From Candidatus Bathyarchaeota archaeon (GTDB lineage: Archaea > Thermoproteota > Bathyarchaeia > Bathyarchaeales > Bathycorpusculaceae), in assembly GCA_963811105.1 (NCBI GenBank), contig CAWEPZ010000002.1, positions 1-64,000 on the forward strand: a stretch of 64,000 nucleotides of DNA. The letters run 5' to 3'. The position numbers and the translations under genes were made by a program. The notes under the pieces are model-generated. The model searched no databases. It was not told the origin of the DNA and saw nothing but the letters and a program-made list of their open reading frames with translations. Positions 18,109 to 29,053 of the stretch are shown one piece after another (position 1 is the first letter of the stretch; each line of letters starts with the position of its first letter).

Positions 18109-20058
18109 CTAAGTTATAGCAGTTATTTCCTGATGTTTACCGATGTACTCACACACCGCCAACACGAATTCAGCATGGCTCCAAAGAAGTGGCGTAGCAG
18201 AAATTGGTTTACCTGAAAAGGGATCTAGCTGCTCAGCTAGAACCCCTGAAGGCGACGCGTTCGTTGTTGCCCACTTTAAAAGCTCCATCGCTGGTGCTAA
18301 TTGTTCTATTGAAGAAGCGGCGGCGATGTGCCATCTTGAGAGTCTGAGCGTGGAAATAAACCATGGATTGCCCGGCGTGTCCAGAGAAACTCTTCTATAA
18401 TGGTCGTTTTGGTACCTTGCGAGACCCCCAACTTCAGTTTTAATCCAAAGCTCTTTAGCTAAAGCATCCATTGTATTCTTTACTCTCTGATCCTTGGGCT
18501 CTAGAACTCCACATGTAAAAACCGTTGAAATGCTGCTATCGAGGGTTGTATCCCTTTCTCCATTGGGGTAGATGCCTTTAATGAACCGCTCTAATTTGTG
18601 GTCATACAAATTCTTTATCAAGGCCTCCTTAATCCGAGCAGAAGCTTCCCCCAACAATTCTTGCCTATTGCTATCATAAAATACTTTAGCGAACTTGGCC
18701 GCGGCATCCAAGGCCGCACACACCGATGCAGCCGTAGAAGTGAACACGCCGACTTTCTCCTCCCACTCATCAAACGTAGGCATAGGCAAGAAAGTCAGTG
18801 GATCTCGATAGCCCATCATAAAATCTGCGGCTTTAATGACAAGTCGGTCGTAAACTTTAGTAATAAACTCCAAGTTCCCACTTATTTCAAAATACTTCCA
18901 AAGCGAATACAGTACAATGGCTGTCTCATCTTCTTGAATAGGCATTTGCTGACGACCGTCGGAGCCGATCAATGCGTGCCACGTGCTTCCGATTGAACCG
19001 TCTGGCAAATATTTATGCCTAAAAAAGCCATCTTCACCCACAACTTGATTACAAAACCTAAAAAACATGGCTGGTACATCAGTGAAACCTGCGCTGCTGA
19101 AAGCTAATGCCGCCATGGCAGCATCTCTTGGCCACACATATGAGTAAGTATCCCTGTGAATGCCCAGAATGTCAGAGTCAAGCGATGCAAGAAGGCCTCC
19201 GTGGCTATCGACATGCGCCCTCATAAGAAGCAGTGAGCGTTTAAACAGGCGAGCCACATCACGAGGCAAAATGTTTAGGTCGATCTTCAATTGGTTTAGC
19301 CAGGCGCTCCAATAATTTTCCACTTCCAAAAGCATCTGTTCAACGCCTATTTGCTTCACAGCTGAATCTAAATCTGTGACTTCGCCTAAGCTGGTTCCAC
19401 ATGTAATCCAGTAGTGAATTAGCCCATAATCGCGCGGGGGAATCTCCAATTTGAATGAAACCGCTGAATCCACGGCTCCTTGTGCAACGGCATTAGTGCT
19501 TAATTGACCATCTTCCGAATCCCTCCAAGTGCCTTCTTGTCCTTCAACTTCTTTGTATCCAACCGCATATTGATAGAATCCTTCGCCGCCAGCTGCTCCG
19601 CCCACCAGAAAATACCGTTTTCGTTTATAATGTATGATTGCTTTTAGTTTGGGGTCAAAAAAAGCAGTATCGCCCGCTTCGTAACCGTAAATGTGGAAGT
19701 CTTGCGTGAAGAATAATCGTACTTCGCGCTTGTAATCCGTTTCATTTACTACTTTTATCTTGCGTAGGAAAACGTTTTTGCCGTGATGAACAGCATCGTT
19801 GACTTCCATGCTGATTCGCTTGGACTCTTTTTTTATGATATATCTGGTCGTAAGAGTTTCAGGCAAGTAAGTCATCGCTATGTCCCAGTCTTTGTCTATC
19901 CATTCAAATTTGCCGTCTATCCATACACCAAACCTGAAGGGGTGACCTACAGCATGGTTTTCAAGCCCAACATAAGGAAAATAAACATCCCTAATACTTG
20001 CCCTTTCATCGAGTGCAACTGCAAACCGGCCATTACTTACCAAAATTTGTCTGGGCAA
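18109..20058 (-). CDS. Glycoside hydrolase family 15 (glucoamylase/trehalase-like)
   Basis: YSYVWPRD, QEDET, DEWEE, LAEQ and PLLWSHA motifs. Confidence 0.92.
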   Translation of the reverse strand: MPRQILVSNGRFAVALDERASIRDVYFPYVGLENHAVGHPFRFGVWIDGKFEWIDKDWDIAMTYLPETLTTRYIIKKESKRISMEVNDAVHHGKNVFLRKIKVVNETDYKREVRLFFTQDFHIYGYEAGDTAFFDPKLKAIIHYKRKRYFLVGGAAGGEGFYQYAVGYKEVEGQEGTWRDSEDGQLSTNAVAQGAVDSAVSFKLEIPPRDYGLIHYWITCGTSLGEVTDLDSAVKQIGVEQMLLEVENYWSAWLNQLKIDLNILPRDVARLFKRSLLLMRAHVDSHGGLLASLDSDILGIHRDTYSYVWPRDAAMAALAFSSAGFTDVPAMFFRFCNQVVGEDGFFRHKYLPDGSIGSTWHALIGSDGRQQMPIQEDETAIVLYSLWKYFEISGNLEFITKVYDRLVIKAADFMMGYRDPLTFLPMPTFDEWEEKVGVFTSTAASVCAALDAAAKFAKVFYDSNRQELLGEASARIKEALIKNLYDHKLERFIKGIYPNGERDTTLDSSISTVFTCGVLEPKDQRVKNTMDALAKELWIKTEVGGLARYQNDHYRRVSLDTPGNPWFISTLRLSRWHIAAASSIEQLAPAMELLKWATTNASPSGVLAEQLDPFSGKPISATPLLWSHAEFVLAVCEYIGKHQEITAIT

Positions 20059-20240
20059 ATAAAATCCACTTCCAAAACATTAAGCTTGTATTAGTCATGG
20101 ATGACACCATAAATAAACTTTAATTTTTCAAGCTGAACGTTTCATAAACTATTTATTTAACGTCTTAGCATAAACGCTATTGAGCAAAATAATGCCTTAA
20201 TTGAGGCGCAAATTGGAAATAAATCTATTTTAGAACAGCT

Positions 20241-20836
20241 CTAAAGCCAAGAAATAGCTCGATTGCAAGAACTTTCAAAGGTTTCAGTTAAATTATTCTC
20301 GGAAATCAAATTATTATTGCCTCCAACTATGATTTGAGTCCTAAAGTTAACGATGTTATTTCCAATTATTTTACAGCCACTTGAATTAGAAGAAATAACA
20401 ATACCGCTATCTTGTGCTAACATTCTGTAGCAAGAGGGATGGAATAGAGAAGAATGAAATGTTGTAGACTACTTCGTCTATCGTGAAGCTTGAAATTGCT
20501 ACGTTATCTGATTGACGGCGATTGCAGACCTTGCAGTATAGTGACCGCCAATGTATAGTGGTTGGATGATTATTTTTGGCTGTCTTCGCCAATTAATGAG
20601 ATTGTTTTGTCTATCACTATTCCTTCTAACCCAGCGTAAGGGAAGGTAATTGTGCGTTCCTATTTTGACGAGTATTGTATCTCCAGCAGTTGCTTTTCCT
20701 ATTGCCTCTTGAATAGTAGGATAATCGTTTGGGACAGTAATTGTTTTGGTAGCAGCCTTCACAGGGCAAGAATAACTGAAGATGCCAAGAAGAAGGTGAG
20801 AAGCATTAAAACGGAAGTCTTCCTCAAGCTAACCAT
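20241..20836 (-). pseudogene. Degraded secreted beta-helix (NosD/pectin-lyase-like) protein
   Basis: Signal peptide from ATG 20836; TITVPNDYPTIQEAI...GDTILVK; CKIIGNNI and NNLISENN repeats; several frameshifts; truncated. Confidence 0.8.
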
Positions 20837-20890
20837 AATTGTTTTAAAGGCTGTTTCCAATACGAGTCTTCTCGTAAAACTCTCTTGACT

Positions 20891-20931
20891 GGGATTTTGT
20901 CAAAATTTCGTGACTACACGGTAGGTGAGGG
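20891..20931 (+). repeat. Diverged copy of the CAAAATTT...AC(C/T)ACAC motif
   Basis: GGGATTTTGTCAAAATTTCGTGACTACACGGTAGG resembles 3482-3512. Confidence 0.4.
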
Positions 20932-21132
20932 AAAAAAGGGTTTATGTTTTCTCCTGTGGTATTTTTTCCTTAACCTTTCCTCAGCATGATTTCCCTTAGA
21001 GGCGCGTTTGAGAATTTGAGCATTGTTATTAGCCCTTAATAATCTAAATCTAAAAAATCGAGTCTTAGCTTTTCTCCCAACTCTTTGTACTTGTTTTCTT
21101 CTCCAATGTGCATTTATTTTTTTTAAGCTCAT
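20914..21132 (-). CDS. Very basic small ORF (72 aa), doubtful
   Basis: MSLKKINAHWRRKQVQRVGRK...; K/R-rich; stop codon lies inside the repeat motif. Confidence 0.3.
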   Translation of the reverse strand: MSLKKINAHWRRKQVQRVGRKAKTRFFRFRLLRANNNAQILKRASKGNHAEERLRKKYHRRKHKPFFPSPTV

Positions 21133-21205
21133 TATTTGTGCCCCTAACAAACAAATAATTTGGATTAGCTTTGATTTTGTTTAATAGATATCGCTTAAAG
21201 ATTTT

Positions 21206-22579
21206 GGTGCCGTCTGTTAATCGGTTAACTTTTAAGATGGACTGATTGAGTCCACTCCTATGTTATCGACCAAGAAAACAGAAGAGTGAACCCATGATAT
21301 CAGTCCAAACCCAAATAGAAATAACTGGCGATTTAAATCTTGCCAGCATATCCCGAGAACTAGACGAAATAAATATTCCTAAAGAGGTTCTAAAGAAAGC
21401 TATAGTTAAACTTCAGGCTGAGCTTGTCTTGGAGCTATGTGGTCCAACGTTCTTAAGAGATCCAAAGCGGAAATTCAGCAGAGCAGGAACCACAAATAGA
21501 ACTCTGTTGACAAGGCATGGAAAAGTAGAGTTTAAACTTGTAAAAGTACGTGACTTAGAGAATGATTCTATTTTTAGGCCTTTGTTGCTGTATGTTGGCG
21601 TAGAGCCTAGGAAGAGAATTGTTGATGATTTAGTGTTCGAATGTGCGGAAGCAGCGACTTACTTGACGTACCGTGATTCTAAGACAGTTATTGAGAATCT
21701 TACTAGCGTAGAGGTTTCACGGTGTAGGATTCATGATTGTGTTAAGGAGGTAGGCGAGTTCATTACTGAAGAACGAAGAAAGGCACCTTCGGTTGATGTG
21801 GATTTGATTGAGGGTGATGGGACTAAATGTCATGGATTAGGGGGAAAGAAGAATGAAGTTAACGTTATTTTAGGAAAAAATCTAGAGTCGGGTGAGAAAT
21901 CGCTTTTGGGGCTTGATGTGAATAAGGATTGGAAGGAGACCGCATTGCAGTTTAAGGGAAAAGCGGACGTTGCAGTTTCTGATAATGAGCCTTCGCTTAG
22001 GAATGCTCTACTGGAGAAGGCAACTGATTATCAGGCTTGCGTTCGTCACTGTGTAGGTGATGTTCGCTTTTATTTGTGGAATGCAGGCTTGCCAAAAGAG
22101 ATGAGAAAAGAAGTTGCAAGCAAGCTTATCGGTATTTTAGAGACGCTTCGTAACTCGGTTAAGAAACACCTTGTAGACATGGATTTTGATAGGTTACAGT
22201 GGAGGATTGGCTGGACCCTTTCTGAACTGAATCTGCTCAGTAGAGAGCTGCTTTCGGATGGTTTAGAGACGGTTGCTCGCTTCATTAGACATGCGGCGAA
22301 TTATCTGGTTACTTTCGCACGGTTGACTATGAAGAAAATCAGTATTCCTATTACGAATAATCTCGTTGAGCGTTTGATAGGTGAGGTCGCTAAGCGGATT
22401 AAGCATAGGTGGATGCATTGGAGCACCAGAGGGCTTGAAACCTTGCTGAACATTCTACTGGCAAGATACTGTAACAGGCGTGTATATGGCGAGATGAAGG
22501 AAAAATTCTTAAGCCAAACTTGTACAGGAATTAAAATGGCGGTAACATAGGAAAAGCTAGCCGATTAGGAGACACAACC
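21206..22579 (+). mobile_element. Complete ISH6-like (IS256 superfamily) insertion sequence, 1374 bp
   Basis: IRL GGTGCCGTCTGTTAATCGGTTAACTTTT (21206-21233) matches the reverse complement of IRR 22552-22579 at 21/28; 8-bp TSD AAGATTTT at 21198-21205 and 22580-22587. Confidence 0.92.
21246..22550 (+). CDS. DDE transposase, ISH6/UPF0236-like
   Basis: EGDGT, VSDNE, QACVRH and TNNLVERLIGE..KR...WS motifs; intact ORF. Confidence 0.9.
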   Translation: MSPLLCYRPRKQKSEPMISVQTQIEITGDLNLASISRELDEINIPKEVLKKAIVKLQAELVLELCGPTFLRDPKRKFSRAGTTNRTLLTRHGKVEFKLVKVRDLENDSIFRPLLLYVGVEPRKRIVDDLVFECAEAATYLTYRDSKTVIENLTSVEVSRCRIHDCVKEVGEFITEERRKAPSVDVDLIEGDGTKCHGLGGKKNEVNVILGKNLESGEKSLLGLDVNKDWKETALQFKGKADVAVSDNEPSLRNALLEKATDYQACVRHCVGDVRFYLWNAGLPKEMRKEVASKLIGILETLRNSVKKHLVDMDFDRLQWRIGWTLSELNLLSRELLSDGLETVARFIRHAANYLVTFARLTMKKISIPITNNLVERLIGEVAKRIKHRWMHWSTRGLETLLNILLARYCNRRVYGEMKEKFLSQTCTGIKMAVT

Positions 22580-22798
22580 AAGATTTTGTGCTTCATTTTA
22601 GAACTAGGTTGGAATCAACACCGTCTGGAACATGTTTATTCTATTGTGCTTGTGCAGAAGCTGTTCCAATTATTTTGTATAGTAGTAAGACTACATATGT
22701 GACCTAATTCTGAAGTTAAATAAACCAAATCTCAAACGAATAGCCTGATAAACTTTAATTAACTAACCCATCGCTATTCAATGTAGCTGTGAATTGAC

Positions 22799-24160
22799 GT
22801 GATTGTTGATTGTGTCCTCACTAACGCCAAAGCTTACCTCAATGGGCAAATCATCGATTGCAGCCTAGCAATTGAAGAAGGCAAAATTTCTAAAATTGGC
22901 AAAGAAACACAGATGCCAAACGCTGACAAGAAAATGAATCTAAAGAATCTCCTTGTGCTGCCGGGCTTGATAGATGAGCATGTTCACCTGCGTGATGAAA
23001 GTAAAGCGTACAAAGAAGATTTTGCCTCTGGGACTGCCGCGGCTGCCGCTGGGGGCTTCACTACCGTTTTGGATATGCCTAACAATGAACCAGTCACAAT
23101 GAGTATGGACACGTTAAGGAACCGTAAGGAAATCGCAGAAAGAAGAGTTTTGGTTAATGTTGGATTTTATTCTGAATTCCCAAAAAAAAACGGTGAAATA
23201 GCTGATATTGTATCTGAGGGGGCAGTGGCTTTCAAGCTGTTTATGGGTTGCCAAATAGGCGGTTTAAACATTGACAATGATGAAGATTTGATAGAAGCTT
23301 TCGAAGAGGTTGTTGATGCGGATATGCCAGTGGCGGTGCACGCTGAAGACAAAGCTTTGCTTACTGATAACGAAGAAAAGCTCAAACAAGCCAAAAAAAA
23401 TAGTACTGCTGCTTTTCAGAAAGCGCATTCGGAGGTAGTTGAAATAAAAGCTATCGAACGATTACTGAAAATGTCTGCGCAGACTGGTGTAAGGTTGCAT
23501 TTTTGTCATGTTTCAACTGAAGAGGGATTAAACGCTATCGTTGAAGCTAAAAAAGATGGCGTGAAAGTAACCTGTGAAGTTACCCCTAATCACTTGTTAT
23601 TGTCAACAATTGATTTGGACCGCTGTGGGCAACTTGCAATCATGACGCCACCGCTGAGAAACAAAAGCCATGTTGAAGCGTTATGGAAAGGCTTAGGAGC
23701 AGGCTCTGTTGATACTTTAGGCTCAGACCATGCACCGCATGCTCTTAGAGAGAAATCAGCAAGCAGCGCTTGGGAAGTTAAAGTCGGAGTGCCAGGTTTA
23801 GAAACGACGTTGCCACTTATGTTGACACAGGTTAGCAAAAATCGGTTATCTTTGGGTCAAGTAGTTCAGCTTCTGGCGGAGAAACCATCAGAAATCTATG
23901 GCTTGACTAGCTGCGGTTGGCTTGAGCAGGGAAAGGACGCAGATTTAACGGTAATAGATTATAACCAAAAGTTCACAATCGAAGCCTCAAAATTCAAATC
24001 AAAAGCGAAGTATTCGCCCTACGATGGATGGCAAGTTCAAGGTAAGCCAGTTAAGACTTTCGTTAATGGATTGTTGGTTTTTGATGAAGGCGAAATCGTT
24101 GCTAGAGTGGGCAGCGGATCAATTGTTCGGAGAGGCAGCGATGAATTTCCTAGCAGATAG
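22799..24160 (+). CDS. pyrC: Dihydroorotase (amidohydrolase; allantoinase not excluded)
   Basis: PGLIDEHVHLR, GGFTTVLDMPN, HAED, CEVTPNHL and SDHAPH motifs. Confidence 0.85.
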   Translation: MIVDCVLTNAKAYLNGQIIDCSLAIEEGKISKIGKETQMPNADKKMNLKNLLVLPGLIDEHVHLRDESKAYKEDFASGTAAAAAGGFTTVLDMPNNEPVTMSMDTLRNRKEIAERRVLVNVGFYSEFPKKNGEIADIVSEGAVAFKLFMGCQIGGLNIDNDEDLIEAFEEVVDADMPVAVHAEDKALLTDNEEKLKQAKKNSTAAFQKAHSEVVEIKAIERLLKMSAQTGVRLHFCHVSTEEGLNAIVEAKKDGVKVTCEVTPNHLLLSTIDLDRCGQLAIMTPPLRNKSHVEALWKGLGAGSVDTLGSDHAPHALREKSASSAWEVKVGVPGLETTLPLMLTQVSKNRLSLGQVVQLLAEKPSEIYGLTSCGWLEQGKDADLTVIDYNQKFTIEASKFKSKAKYSPYDGWQVQGKPVKTFVNGLLVFDEGEIVARVGSGSIVRRGSDEFPSR

Positions 24161-24629
24161 TATGTTGGGAAAACTTTCACGTTGGCTTCGCATGTTAGGA
24201 CACGACGTTGCATACAACGTCAAGCTTGTCGATTCGGAACTTCTTGAATTGGCAAAGAAAGAAAACCGAGTTTTATTAACAAAGGATTTAGAGCTCTACC
24301 AACGTGCGATTGCAAGGGACATAGATGCTTATTTTGTGGAAGGCAAATCTGAATCGGAGCGACTGGCAGAGATTGCGAAACGATATCGCTTTGCACTAAT
24401 ATTGGACATGGAAAAATCCCATTGTCCCCTATGCAACACCAAACTTGCCTCAGTGCCAAAAGAGCAGCTGGCAATTGAATTACAGAAAAACACCCTCACT
24501 TATTATGATAGGTTTTGGAAATGCCCTAACTGTAGGCAAGTCTATTGGCAGGGAGCACACTGGAAACAAATCAGCTTTACCATTAGCGAAGCGCAATCGA
24601 AATTGGAAAAATTAATAGAGAAAAATTGA
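24141..24629 (+). CDS. Mut7-C RNase (PIN-like) domain protein
   Basis: FLADSMLGKLSRWLRMLGHD, LLTKD, CPLCN and CPNC..VYWQGAH motifs. Confidence 0.9.
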   Translation: MNFLADSMLGKLSRWLRMLGHDVAYNVKLVDSELLELAKKENRVLLTKDLELYQRAIARDIDAYFVEGKSESERLAEIAKRYRFALILDMEKSHCPLCNTKLASVPKEQLAIELQKNTLTYYDRFWKCPNCRQVYWQGAHWKQISFTISEAQSKLEKLIEKN

Positions 24630-24632
24630 GGC

Positions 24633-24875
24633 TTATGTTAGCCATTTCAGTGGGATATCTTGGAAGGTCCCATCTGGCAAGGTTCTTCTAATGGTTATGG
24701 GAAGTATTCTTGCGTCAAGTTCTGCTAGAGCTATATCAATTGGGTTCGTATTTTCCGCTGCGTCCACCAAAATTGGTGCTCCCATCGAGATTTGGAGTGC
24801 TCTAGCTCCAACTATCCTTGCTTTCTCAAACCGGGTAATTTTCGGTGGTCCAACAATTATTTTTTGTTCTGACAT
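24633..24875 (-). CDS. rpoK: RNA polymerase subunit K (Rpo6)
   Basis: [21 protein letters not shown]. Confidence 0.96.
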   Translation of the reverse strand: MSEQKIIVGPPKITRFEKARIVGARALQISMGAPILVDAAENTNPIDIALAELDARILPITIRRTLPDGTFQDIPLKWLT

Positions 24876-24878
24876 ATT

Positions 24879-26546
24879 TTAGTAATCTCCAGCACCTGGA
24901 TATCCGCCGCCCATACCGCCCATTCCGCCGCCTGCTCCTGGTGGTGGTCCCTTCATTTTTCCTGAGGCTATTACATCGTCGATTTTGAGGATCATAGATG
25001 CTGCTTCGTTAGCTGATTTAATTATTTGTTTTTTAACTGAAAGCGGCTCAAAGATGTTTGCTTTTGCCATATCTTGCACTTTTCCCTCAAGAACTTCTAT
25101 GCCCGCCCATGTTTCTCCTTTTTCATGCCTGGCTCGTAATTCTGAAAGTATATTTATTGGGTCTGCGCCTGCGTTTTCGGCGAGTGTTACAGTTATTGAT
25201 TCGAGGGCTTCTGCGAACACTTTAACTGCAAGCTGCTCTCTTCCTGGCATTGTTTCAGCGTATTTTCTAAGTGCGTTTGCCATTTCAAGTTCTGGAGCAC
25301 TTCCTCCAGCAACAATTTTTGGCTCTTGAATTAAATCTCTAATTACGCAGAGCGCATCGTGAACTGAGCGTTCTGCCTCGGCAGTCATACGTTCAGTTCC
25401 TCCTCTAATTAAAAGGGTGACTGCTTTTGGGTTCTTGCAGCCTTCAACAAAAGTCATCTTGTCATCGCTGATTCTGCGTTCTTCCACCAAAGCCGCATAT
25501 CCAAGGTCTGATGATGAAATATCATCAATTCTTGAAATTATTTTTCCCCCTGTGGCTCTTGCAAGTTTTTCCATGTCCGATTTTTTGGCTCTTCTAATTG
25601 CAATTACTCCTTTCTTCGAAAGGAAATGTTGAGCCATGTCATCGATGCCTTTTTGGCAAACAACCACGTTTGCGCCAGATGCCAGGATTTTATTAGTCAT
25701 GTCTCTTAGCATTGTTTCCTCTTCCTTGAGGAAAGCTTCAATCTGGTCGGGGCTTTCAATACTTATTTTAGCGTCTAGCTCGGTTTTTTCAATCTCTAAG
25801 GAAGCATCAATTAGGGCAATCTTTGCGTTTTCTATGCGCTTGGGCATTCCAGAATGCACGATTTCTTTGTCTAAAACTATGCCGTTTATGAGACTCGTAT
25901 CCTTGATCGATTCGCCCGTTTTCTTTTCAATTTTTACGTCGTTAACATCTGCCTTCATGACGCCATCTTGTTTTTCTGCTACAGCCAACATGGCTTTAAC
26001 CGCTAAATCTGCTAAGTATTCTTTGTATTCAGCGACAATTTTGCTTCCCATCGATGTTGTTGCAGCTTTTTTCAGGTAATTTTTAGACTTTAGGTCCACT
26101 GGGATGGCTATTTTTTCAAGGGTTTCCAATGCTTTTTCAGCTGCCATCCTGTAACCATCAATTATTACTGTTGGGTGAATATTTTTGTTAATTAATTCTT
26201 CTGCTTTACTCAGGAGTTCGCCTGCTATTATAACCGCAGATGTTGTTCCATCGCCCGTCTCATTGTCTTGCGTCTTGGCGACTTCTACAAGCATTTTGGC
26301 TGCTGGGTGCTGAACATCCATCTCGTCCATAATTGTGCGACCATCGCTTGTTATCGTGACGTCTCCGAAGTTGTCAACTAACATTTTATCCATGCCTTTT
26401 GGGCCTAAAGAGCTTCTGACACTTTCAGCTATAATTTTAGCGGCAGTTATGTTTCCGCGTTGTGCTTCTCTTCCGCGGGACCTGTTCGACCCTTCTTTTA
26501 AAACCAGAATAGGCACGCCGCCCGCTTGTGTTGGAAATGATGACAA
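24879..26546 (-). CDS. ths: Thermosome (group II chaperonin) subunit
   Basis: LGPKGMDKM and GDGTTS motifs; GGM-rich tail. Confidence 0.97.
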   Translation of the reverse strand: MSSFPTQAGGVPILVLKEGSNRSRGREAQRGNITAAKIIAESVRSSLGPKGMDKMLVDNFGDVTITSDGRTIMDEMDVQHPAAKMLVEVAKTQDNETGDGTTSAVIIAGELLSKAEELINKNIHPTVIIDGYRMAAEKALETLEKIAIPVDLKSKNYLKKAATTSMGSKIVAEYKEYLADLAVKAMLAVAEKQDGVMKADVNDVKIEKKTGESIKDTSLINGIVLDKEIVHSGMPKRIENAKIALIDASLEIEKTELDAKISIESPDQIEAFLKEEETMLRDMTNKILASGANVVVCQKGIDDMAQHFLSKKGVIAIRRAKKSDMEKLARATGGKIISRIDDISSSDLGYAALVEERRISDDKMTFVEGCKNPKAVTLLIRGGTERMTAEAERSVHDALCVIRDLIQEPKIVAGGSAPELEMANALRKYAETMPGREQLAVKVFAEALESITVTLAENAGADPINILSELRARHEKGETWAGIEVLEGKVQDMAKANIFEPLSVKKQIIKSANEAASMILKIDDVIASGKMKGPPPGAGGGMGGMGGGYPGAGDY

Positions 26547-26699
26547 ATCAAGTAACCTCCATTAATGCGAACAACAACAAAATGTTACTAACAATATAAG
26601 TTTTTCCTAGACGAGGTACAATGAATATAGCCTAAGCAAGCAATTTTTGCATCATTTGGCCATCTTTTGGCATTTTCTTTTTTTCATTTTTGCCAGAGC

Positions 26700-27203
26700 T
26701 TAATAAACCGAAACTTTTGCTATTCCTGGAATTTTTAGTATTTCAGGGATTAATTCTCCGGGGATTTTTTTCTCAACTATCAAGGTGAGCTTTGGTTCTG
26801 GTGAGAGTTCCGGGTCATCTACGATTGCTTGTCTTATACTTAATCCTGCCCTGTTAAGAATCATCGCTGCGTTGGCTAAGATCCCGGGAGATTTTGCATT
26901 TACAACTGTTATTTCTAAAACGCCTAGATTAAGAGGTTTGGCGATTTCTTTTAGTGAGTGTCCTGCTGGGCGTATTGCTTCAAAAATGAGTTTAAGTTCA
27001 GGGGTGGTTTGGATGGTGTTTATTGTTTCGTTTACTGTTCGTCGATCAACTCGTGCGACTCTTGCTATGCGTACTGGTGGTATTTCGATTTGGTTTAGGT
27101 ATATTTTGTCTTCTAGAATGCTTAAGCCGTTTTCTATGAGAACTCGTGCTACTTTGAGGCGTTCGGGATAATCGTCTAACTGAGTTTTTATTTTGTTCCA
27201 CAT
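26700..27203 (-). CDS. trpY: TrpY-like transcriptional regulator (HTH + ACT)
   Basis: VDRRTV, PGILA, SIRQA and DPEL motifs; divergent from trpB2. Confidence 0.8.
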   Translation of the reverse strand: MWNKIKTQLDDYPERLKVARVLIENGLSILEDKIYLNQIEIPPVRIARVARVDRRTVNETINTIQTTPELKLIFEAIRPAGHSLKEIAKPLNLGVLEITVVNAKSPGILANAAMILNRAGLSIRQAIVDDPELSPEPKLTLIVEKKIPGELIPEILKIPGIAKVSVY

Positions 27204-27272
27204 TTTGTTTCTCTTGGGTTTGTTTTTGTTCGTTTAGGTATTAATATGTTGTTTAGCGCAAGTAAGTTTATG

Positions 27273-27318
27273 TGTATAAAAGTGTACTCAAAAGCCTTAA
27301 ATAAAACCTAAAAGTACA
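27273..27318. promoter_or_regulatory. TRP-box-like sites around the trpB2 TATA box
   Basis: TGTATA-N4-TGTACT (27273-27288), TATA CTTAAATA (27296-27303) and AGTACA (27313-27318); TrpY consensus is TGTACA. Confidence 0.55.
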
Positions 27319-27351
27319 TTTCTCTGCTTTACAGAGAAAGGCGAAAAACAA

Positions 27352-28764
27352 ATGCCAATTAAAAAAATCTTATTAGAAGAAAACGAAATACCAAAACAAT
27401 GGTATAACATAGTTCCCGACTTACCCCACCCTCTACCACCCTTTATAGATGCCGCAACAAAACAACCGGGTGTCGGAATTGTCCCAAGAATATTCCCCAA
27501 AGCAATTATCGGTCAAGAAATAAGCCAAGAACGATGGATAGACATACCTGAAGAAGTAAGAGAAGTCTATCGAATCTGGAGACCATCACCCCTCTTCAGA
27601 GCCACAGGCTTAGAAAAAGCTCTTAAAACTCCAGCAAAAATCTACTACAAATACGAAGGCGTAAGCCCAGCTGGAAGCCACAAACCAAACACAGCCGTAC
27701 CCCAAGCCTACTACAACATGAAGGAAGGCACAAAACGCCTCTCAACAGAAACCGGCGCAGGCCAATGGGGATCAGCCTTAGCATTTGCTGCCATGACATT
27801 CGGGCTCAAAGCCACCGTTTACATGGTGCGAGCAAGCTATGACCAGAAACCATATCGAAAGATGATGATGAACGCTTTCGGCGCAGAATGTATTGCTAGT
27901 CCTAGTAACAAAACTGAGGCAGGTCGAAAAATCCTCGCTGAAGACCCAGATAACAAGGGCAGCCTTGGTATAGCTATCAGTGAAGCTGTCGAAGATGCGC
28001 TTGTTAATGAAGAAGAAACTAACTATGCTATAGGCAGCGTTTTTAATCATGTTTGTTTGCATCAGACTGTTGAAGGCTTAGAAGCTAAGAAACAGCTTGA
28101 AATGGTTGAAGATTATCCAGACGTTATTTACGGCTGCATCGGTGGAGGCAGCAGTTACTCAGGACTCATGTGGCCATTCTACTACGACCAAGTCTCGAAG
28201 AAAGCGCCTAAAGAAACAAAGTTCGTAGCAACAGAAGCCACGGCATGCCCCAAAGTGACCAAAGGCTATTACCAGTATGACCACGGCGACACCGCAAAAC
28301 TAACACCACTCGTCCCAATGCACACCATCGGCCACGACTTCATCCCAGCACCCATCCACGCAGGCGGACTCCGTTACCACGGCATTGCACCAACTATAAG
28401 CGTTTTAGTGCAAGAAAAGAAAATGACCACCGAAGCATTCAACCAACTAGAAGTATTTGACGCAGCCAAATTGTTCATCCAAACGGAAGGCATAATTCCA
28501 GCACCTGAGCCGTCACACGCAATCAAAGGCGCAATTGACGAAGCACTCCGCTGCAAGAAAACAGGGGAAGCAAAAACCATCTTGTTCGTGCTTTGCGGTC
28601 ATGGCTACTTTGACATGGCAGCATACGACGAATACTTCAATGGCAACCTGCAACCATACGAGTATCCAGCGCAGAAAGTTGAGGAATCAATGGCGAAACT
28701 CCACAAGCTCTATCCGTGGCTTGATGAAGTTAACAAGAAATTCATAAGCTGCGAAACACTCTAA
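27352..28764 (+). CDS. trpB2: Tryptophan synthase beta, TrpB2 type
   Basis: [26 protein letters not shown] and PAPEPSHA motifs. Confidence 0.95.
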   Translation: MPIKKILLEENEIPKQWYNIVPDLPHPLPPFIDAATKQPGVGIVPRIFPKAIIGQEISQERWIDIPEEVREVYRIWRPSPLFRATGLEKALKTPAKIYYKYEGVSPAGSHKPNTAVPQAYYNMKEGTKRLSTETGAGQWGSALAFAAMTFGLKATVYMVRASYDQKPYRKMMMNAFGAECIASPSNKTEAGRKILAEDPDNKGSLGIAISEAVEDALVNEEETNYAIGSVFNHVCLHQTVEGLEAKKQLEMVEDYPDVIYGCIGGGSSYSGLMWPFYYDQVSKKAPKETKFVATEATACPKVTKGYYQYDHGDTAKLTPLVPMHTIGHDFIPAPIHAGGLRYHGIAPTISVLVQEKKMTTEAFNQLEVFDAAKLFIQTEGIIPAPEPSHAIKGAIDEALRCKKTGEAKTILFVLCGHGYFDMAAYDEYFNGNLQPYEYPAQKVEESMAKLHKLYPWLDEVNKKFISCETL

Positions 28765-29053
28765 AACCAACCAAAACCCTTTTCTTATTTTACTTATTTC
28801 TTGTTTTTTCGGATTAACTTAAGCTTCTTTTTCTCCTCGTCTACTTCTTTGATTCACTAAAACATGCAAATAGCGACTAATATTATTCAATAGGCATCTG
28901 CCTGCTCTATTACTGCTGACTAAAGCGTTTCCAACAGAAACAACAGGACCTCTATTTTCACGTAAGAAATCAACATAGAAAAACACGCACTATTCAACAG
29001 GAAACAAAGAGGTTTTATCATAGGTCCCCTAATACCAACAGAGGAAAAAAGTA

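Noticed and set aside
24985-26565. Long antisense ORFs over the thermosome and many other genes
   Set aside because: Shadow ORFs of well-conserved genes with no motifs of their own
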